In this document: positions 35,656-39,336 of the stretch, piece after piece
Numbering within the stretch: position 1 is the stretch's first letter
Layout: every line of letters starts with the position of its first letter
Origin: a virus
Lineage: Duplodnaviria > Caudoviricetes
Length of the DNA stretch: 39,336 bases
IMG/VR virus record: IMGVR_UViG_3300032321_000391
Location: 1 to 39,336 of that record
Strand: one strand, 5' to 3'
Translations under genes and position numbers: made by a program
The notes under the pieces: model-generated
Told to the model about the DNA's origin: nothing
The model's input: the letters and a program-made list of their open reading frames with translations, nothing else
Database searches by the model: none

Positions 35656-36453
35656 TTAAAATAGTTTTGTTGCTTCGTAAGACACAACATCTAATATCTG
35701 CATACTTGCTGGCTCATACGATAACCAGACTGGCGTGCCACCAGTTGCATCGGCTGGACCATAACGATTCTTTACCGCACACACACCCATTGTTGACTGC
35801 TGGTTATGTACCGTAAGGATTAGTGATGGAGTTTGTGCGACCTTACCGTGAAGGGATTTCTGTGGTGGACATGGATTACCAGGCACTGCTTCGCTGGTGT
35901 GGTGACACACAACTACTGCTGCTCCCGTTTCTCTAGCCCACCATTTAAGTTCCTTCATCAAGGTACGCAACCCACCCCACTCGTCTTGAGAATCCATGCT
36001 TACATCTACTGCGTTGTCTAACACAATCAACTGCACATCTGCACCTAAGCGTTCACGAGTAGCAAGAACTGCATCCTCAATATCCTTAAGCGTTGGTGAT
36101 GAATCAAACTCCCAATAAATGTGGTCAGCAGGCTTGAGCATTTGTGCAGCCCAGTCTCTGTCAATCTCCATCATTGGTTCTACTTCTTGCTGTGCCTTAC
36201 CAGTTAGTAAAGCAAGCAAGCGTAGGCTCATCGTGTGTGAGTGTGTATCCGCAGAAATGTAAAGGGTAGGTACCTTTGCACGGACTGCCAAGGACAGAGC
36301 AAGCGTTGACTTGCCTGCCCCTGGCGGTCCAGCAATCATACTTACCTCGCCGTAACGGACTGCTATTTGATTGGCAGCAAAGGATTGCCACACTGTTGGA
36401 AGTGTCGCACCCCCTCGTGATTCTGTCTTAATAGCACGGCTAAGTAGGCGCAT
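35656..36453 (-). CDS. DnaB/RecA-family replicative helicase (ATPase domain only)
   Basis: GPPGAGKST, LIVLDN, VVCHH, VKNRYG. Confidence 0.85.
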   Translation of the reverse strand: MRLLSRAIKTESRGGATLPTVWQSFAANQIAVRYGEVSMIAGPPGAGKSTLALSLAVRAKVPTLYISADTHSHTMSLRLLALLTGKAQQEVEPMMEIDRDWAAQMLKPADHIYWEFDSSPTLKDIEDAVLATRERLGADVQLIVLDNAVDVSMDSQDEWGGLRTLMKELKWWARETGAAVVVCHHTSEAVPGNPCPPQKSLHGKVAQTPSLILTVHNQQSTMGVCAVKNRYGPADATGGTPVWLSYEPASMQILDVVSYEATKLF

Positions 36454-36456
36454 GAG

Positions 36457-36891
36457 TTATGCAGGAACCTTGTTCTGGCATGCTGCACCTTGTGGCTTAG
36501 GACATGCATAGAACGCCTTGTATGGGCGACCTGTTGACTTAGCGATACCTGCTGGTACATGGCGCATTGCTCCACCACCGCATGTGCACTCAGGAACTGG
36601 TCGTGATGGTGAGTAACCTGCTGGTGCAGCCTGTGGTGTTGGTGCTGCTGTCCAGTTAGGTGCTTCTACAACTGTTGCACCTGGGAAGGCAGCAGCAATA
36701 ACTAGTGCTGGTGCTTGTGGTGCAGCCATTGTTTCTGTTGTTTGCTCAAGGTCAATGAGTGCAGCAAGGCGCTGTGTCAATGCATCAATGAGTGTGTCTA
36801 GTTCAAAGCCATCGTTAGCACGAAGGTTAATCAACATGCCGTCACGCTTTGTCTTGAAGTTAATCTGAATTGCTGCTGATTCGTTAGCCAT
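36457..36891 (-). CDS. Hypothetical protein with C-terminal Cys-rich domain
   Basis: Ala/Pro linker then CTCG...GRPYKAFYACP...C; sits between exonuclease and helicase. Confidence 0.65.
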   Translation of the reverse strand: MANESAAIQINFKTKRDGMLINLRANDGFELDTLIDALTQRLAALIDLEQTTETMAAPQAPALVIAAAFPGATVVEAPNWTAAPTPQAAPAGYSPSRPVPECTCGGGAMRHVPAGIAKSTGRPYKAFYACPKPQGAACQNKVPA

Positions 36892-36892
36892 T

Positions 36893-37720
36893 TTATTCTC
36901 CTATGTTTACTTCGGGATAGAGGTGTGAGTCTTTGCCACCCACTGCATAACATGATGAGTTTACTGAGCAAGTGCCACACATAAACCCAGGTGCTGGTAT
37001 GAAGATGTTGTTAATTACTGCTAGTTCAAAGCCCTTAACCTGATTGCCGAGCCGAGACTCAGTATAACGGTCAAGGCTGACAGGCGTTGTTAGTTCTCCT
37101 GTGCGTGCCATGAAATAACTGCCAAGTTCAGGGCGAATACCAAAGGTTTTCTCCACGAGCACGGCATAGATACCAAGTTGTGCTTGAGACTTTGGCTCAG
37201 CACCTGTCTTAATATCTACAATTACTAACTCTCCTGATGGTGCAACCATAACGCGGTCTAAGAACGCCTTAATGTTTACACCTTTAACTGTTTGATTCAT
37301 TTCAGTTTCAATAGCAGGGATGCCAGCGGGAGTATCCCAAATCTTCCATCCACTTTCTTGTCTGAATTGAATCCAGTAGTCAACCATCTTTGGACCATTG
37401 GCTAACCACCAAGAGGCATCCTCTTTGTTTGGATACGCTTTGGTTGCACGACCACCAGCACGCCAAGGCATGCCGTTATCCACCATCTTGTAGTTGTGTT
37501 CCCAGCGTTCGTTGAACACGGCTACTGGGTCAAACCCTTCTGGCTTAATGTCGTAGTATTCTGTACACTCGTGCACTGCCTTGCCTCCAGCCAACCAATA
37601 GGATGGCGCTTCGGCTACATGCTGTACACGAGATAGGTAATACTGCCATCCGCACCCAAGCCATGTTGACATGGCGGAGTGAGAGACATAGTTCTTACCT
37701 GTTACTAGTTCAAGTGTCAT
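36893..37720 (-). CDS. Cas4/RecB-like PD-(D/E)XK exonuclease
   Basis: SHS...C, GKAVH, LDRV...VDIKTG, QLGIY, terminal CxxC...C. Confidence 0.85.
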   Translation of the reverse strand: MTLELVTGKNYVSHSAMSTWLGCGWQYYLSRVQHVAEAPSYWLAGGKAVHECTEYYDIKPEGFDPVAVFNERWEHNYKMVDNGMPWRAGGRATKAYPNKEDASWWLANGPKMVDYWIQFRQESGWKIWDTPAGIPAIETEMNQTVKGVNIKAFLDRVMVAPSGELVIVDIKTGAEPKSQAQLGIYAVLVEKTFGIRPELGSYFMARTGELTTPVSLDRYTESRLGNQVKGFELAVINNIFIPAPGFMCGTCSVNSSCYAVGGKDSHLYPEVNIGE

Positions 37721-37808
37721 TGTTTCTCCTTCAATAGAGGAGACTACTACACAATCTCTGCTCTATTATCCGACACGCCGAGACGAATTACATCAATGTA
37801 GTTCTTTT

Positions 37809-38057
37809 ATGTATACACTGCTGTTCGTGTTGAACAGATTAAGTAGAGGACTAGCGAGGTTCCTGAACCGAGCAGGTGTTACCGCACCCATAGGTGCAGA
37901 TTTGCGTAGCCTTGGTCCTGTCCATGCATGTATGTGTGGCTCACTGCTTTTTAAGGTGGGTTGCATGTTTGAAGATGGCGATATAAGTATGTGGTTTGTT
38001 GATGCAGAGTGTGCTCTATGTGGAGCCTTAGTGAAAGTGCCAACACCAGTTGATTAA
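37809..38057 (+). CDS. Small zinc-binding protein
   Basis: DLRSLGPVHACMCG...CALCG...PTPVD. Confidence 0.65.
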   Translation: MYTLLFVLNRLSRGLARFLNRAGVTAPIGADLRSLGPVHACMCGSLLFKVGCMFEDGDISMWFVDAECALCGALVKVPTPVD

Positions 38058-38196
38058 AATAATTTATGCATTAAGTTTTATTGTGAGTAACATCACAACT
38101 TTTTTTTGGTCTTATCAGTTAGGTATTAAGACAGAGCAACGAGCACGCCTTCGGAGGCTAAACACATTGAAGCGATTACTTAATGGCAAAGTATGA
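38050..38196 (+). CDS. 48-aa putative membrane peptide (not in ORF track)
   Basis: TTG start, MIKIIYALSFIVSNITTFFWSYQLGIKTEQRARLRR...; overlaps both neighbours. Confidence 0.45.
   Translation: MIKIIYALSFIVSNITTFFWSYQLGIKTEQRARLRRLNTLKRLLNGKV
38082..38097. promoter_or_regulatory. Fifth perfect CRP-type box
   Basis: TGTGAgtaacaTCACA; no TTGAC follows; may lie inside a small ORF. Confidence 0.5.
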
Positions 38197-38350
38197 TTTT
38201 AAATGCAATGTATGCGGTGGGGTACAAGAGATAGATAAACCAATGGGTAGCGACTGGGTACCAGTGTGCTGCAATGAATCCATGTCTCAAGTTTATAGTC
38301 CAATACCAGTCAAGTTCAATGCTTCTGGTTTCTATTCAACAGGTGGTTAA
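38183..38350 (+). CDS. FmdB-family zinc-ribbon protein (not in ORF track)
   Basis: MAKYDFKCNVCG...CC...FNASGFYSTGG. Confidence 0.8.
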   Translation: MAKYDFKCNVCGGVQEIDKPMGSDWVPVCCNESMSQVYSPIPVKFNASGFYSTGG

Positions 38351-38929
38351 ATGGAATATCCAAATTGGTTTGAAAGCACAGGCGCTATCAATAACTTTGA
38401 GCGCCACCTTCGCCAGCATGCAGGCAAGCCTGTTGATTTCCTACAGATAGGTGCATACACAGGCGATGCATCTGAGTGGATGTTGAGAGAAATCTTGAGC
38501 CACCCCGACTCAACTTTGACCGATGTGGATACATGGGAAGGCAGTGATGAGGCATCTCACCATGATATGGACTTTGATGATGTCTTTAAAACATACGAAA
38601 AGAAGGTTGGCAAGTACCATAACTTGACCTATTGCCAGCAAACAAGCAATGAGTTCTTTCTTAATAACAAAAAGTTATATGACTTTATCTACATAGATGG
38701 TGACCACACAGCCTTTGGCGTGATGCGTGATGTGATGAACGCCTATGGTGCACTTAAAGCAGGTGGAATTATTGCTTGCGATGACTACCAATGGTCAGAA
38801 GGTAAGGGTAATTACTATGACCCACGCCCTGCGATTGATGCTTTCTTTAACATAACCCGTGACAGATTTACTGTCATTGAAATCGGTTGGCAAGTCTGGT
38901 TTAAACATGCAGCACAGGCTACTACTTAA
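38351..38929 (+). CDS. Class I SAM-dependent methyltransferase (Methyltransf_24-like)
   Basis: LQIGAYTG, VDTW, DFIYIDGDH, LKAGGIIACDDY. Confidence 0.85.
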   Translation: MEYPNWFESTGAINNFERHLRQHAGKPVDFLQIGAYTGDASEWMLREILSHPDSTLTDVDTWEGSDEASHHDMDFDDVFKTYEKKVGKYHNLTYCQQTSNEFFLNNKKLYDFIYIDGDHTAFGVMRDVMNAYGALKAGGIIACDDYQWSEGKGNYYDPRPAIDAFFNITRDRFTVIEIGWQVWFKHAAQATT

Positions 38930-39239
38930 GAACCCAACCACTCGCTTTGGTATCTGCGCCGTGTGTGGACCAACGAGGTTGAAAAAGAAACAACGGGGTT
39001 ACTATTCCTGTCGCACAAAGTCTAATCAAAACCGTGTCAAGTTACTTAAACATAAGAAAGAACAATGCGAAGTGTGTGGCTTTGTGGCTGTGCACCGTAG
39101 TCAGTTAGACATTGACCACATAGATGGCGACCATAGTAACAATTCGTTATCAAACTTACAGACCCTATGTGCCAACTGCCACCGTCTTAAGACACAAGAT
39201 AATAAAGATTGGCAAAACAAAAAAGCCCCCCGCAATTAA
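38907..39239 (+). CDS. HNH endonuclease
   Basis: CEVCG...LDIDHIDGDHSNNSLSNLQTLCANCHRLKT. Confidence 0.88.
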   Translation: MQHRLLLKNPTTRFGICAVCGPTRLKKKQRGYYSCRTKSNQNRVKLLKHKKEQCEVCGFVAVHRSQLDIDHIDGDHSNNSLSNLQTLCANCHRLKTQDNKDWQNKKAPRN

Positions 39240-39249
39240 GCGAGGGGCT
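39219..39249 (-). terminator. Intrinsic terminator at the convergence of the HNH and holin-like genes
   Basis: AGCCCC-c-CGC aattaa GCG-a-GGGGCT hairpin with a T6 tract on the - strand. Confidence 0.75.
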
Positions 39250-39281
39250 AATCTGTTTAGGTTACAAAAGGTTCCTAAAGG

Positions 39282-39336
39282 TTACTTCTTAAGACCGAAC
39301 TCTGGTGCTGACTTGTCAAGTGCCTTGAGCACTGGA
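39282..39336 (-). CDS. 3' end of a probable holin
   Basis: Reads ...PVLKALDKSAPEFGLKK*, resembling the C-termini of actinophage holin-like proteins; truncated by the window. Confidence 0.5.
   Translation of the reverse strand, partial: PVLKALDKSAPEFGLKK

Larger units (their letters stand above)
26419..39295. repeat. Dispersed palindromic motif, consensus CTGTCTTAAGACAG (~29 exact TTAAGAC-containing copies plus variants)
   Basis: Manual scan of both strands; positions listed in findings. Confidence 0.85.

Noticed and set aside
36893-37720. Cas4 as evidence of a CRISPR system
   Set aside because: Stand-alone Cas4/RecB-like exonucleases are common phage recombination genes
31576-37720. DNA polymerase or integrase in the replication arm
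   Set aside because: No ORF of suitable size or motifs; absence from the short missing part of the genome cannot be confirmed

Overview
Nearly complete genome of a tailed dsDNA phage with a podovirus-like layout: no tape measure gene, but large internal virion proteins. It probably infects an Actinobacterium, since it encodes WhiB and actinophage-type genes; the moderate GC suggests a low-GC freshwater lineage (inference). 1-26,027 (- strand) is the morphogenesis arm: terminase, portal, ejection proteins, scaffold, major capsid, tail, fibres, membrane proteins. 26,028-26,686 is a non-coding divergence zone. 26,687-31,476 (+) holds small early genes ending in a lytic transglycosylase and whiB. 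31,576-37,720 (-) is the replication/recombination arm. 37,809-39,239 (+) holds Zn-ribbon, methyltransferase and HNH genes. Both window ends cut into minus-strand membrane/lysis-type genes, so the lysis module probably lies just outside. No DNA polymerase, integrase, RT, CRISPR or canonical tRNA was seen. The most striking signals are non-coding. (1) A candidate ~90-nt small RNA after whiB has its own extended -10, and its terminator loop is the exact antisense of the AGACAGGAGA ribosome-binding site shared by the early genes. (2) About 29 copies of a palindrome with consensus CTGTCTTAAGACAG are concentrated in the early/replication third of the genome. (3) Five perfect CRP-type boxes (TGTGA-N6-TCACA) occur, four in front of early promoters. 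Together these suggest an undescribed regulatory circuit. All counts are manual and no database searches were run.
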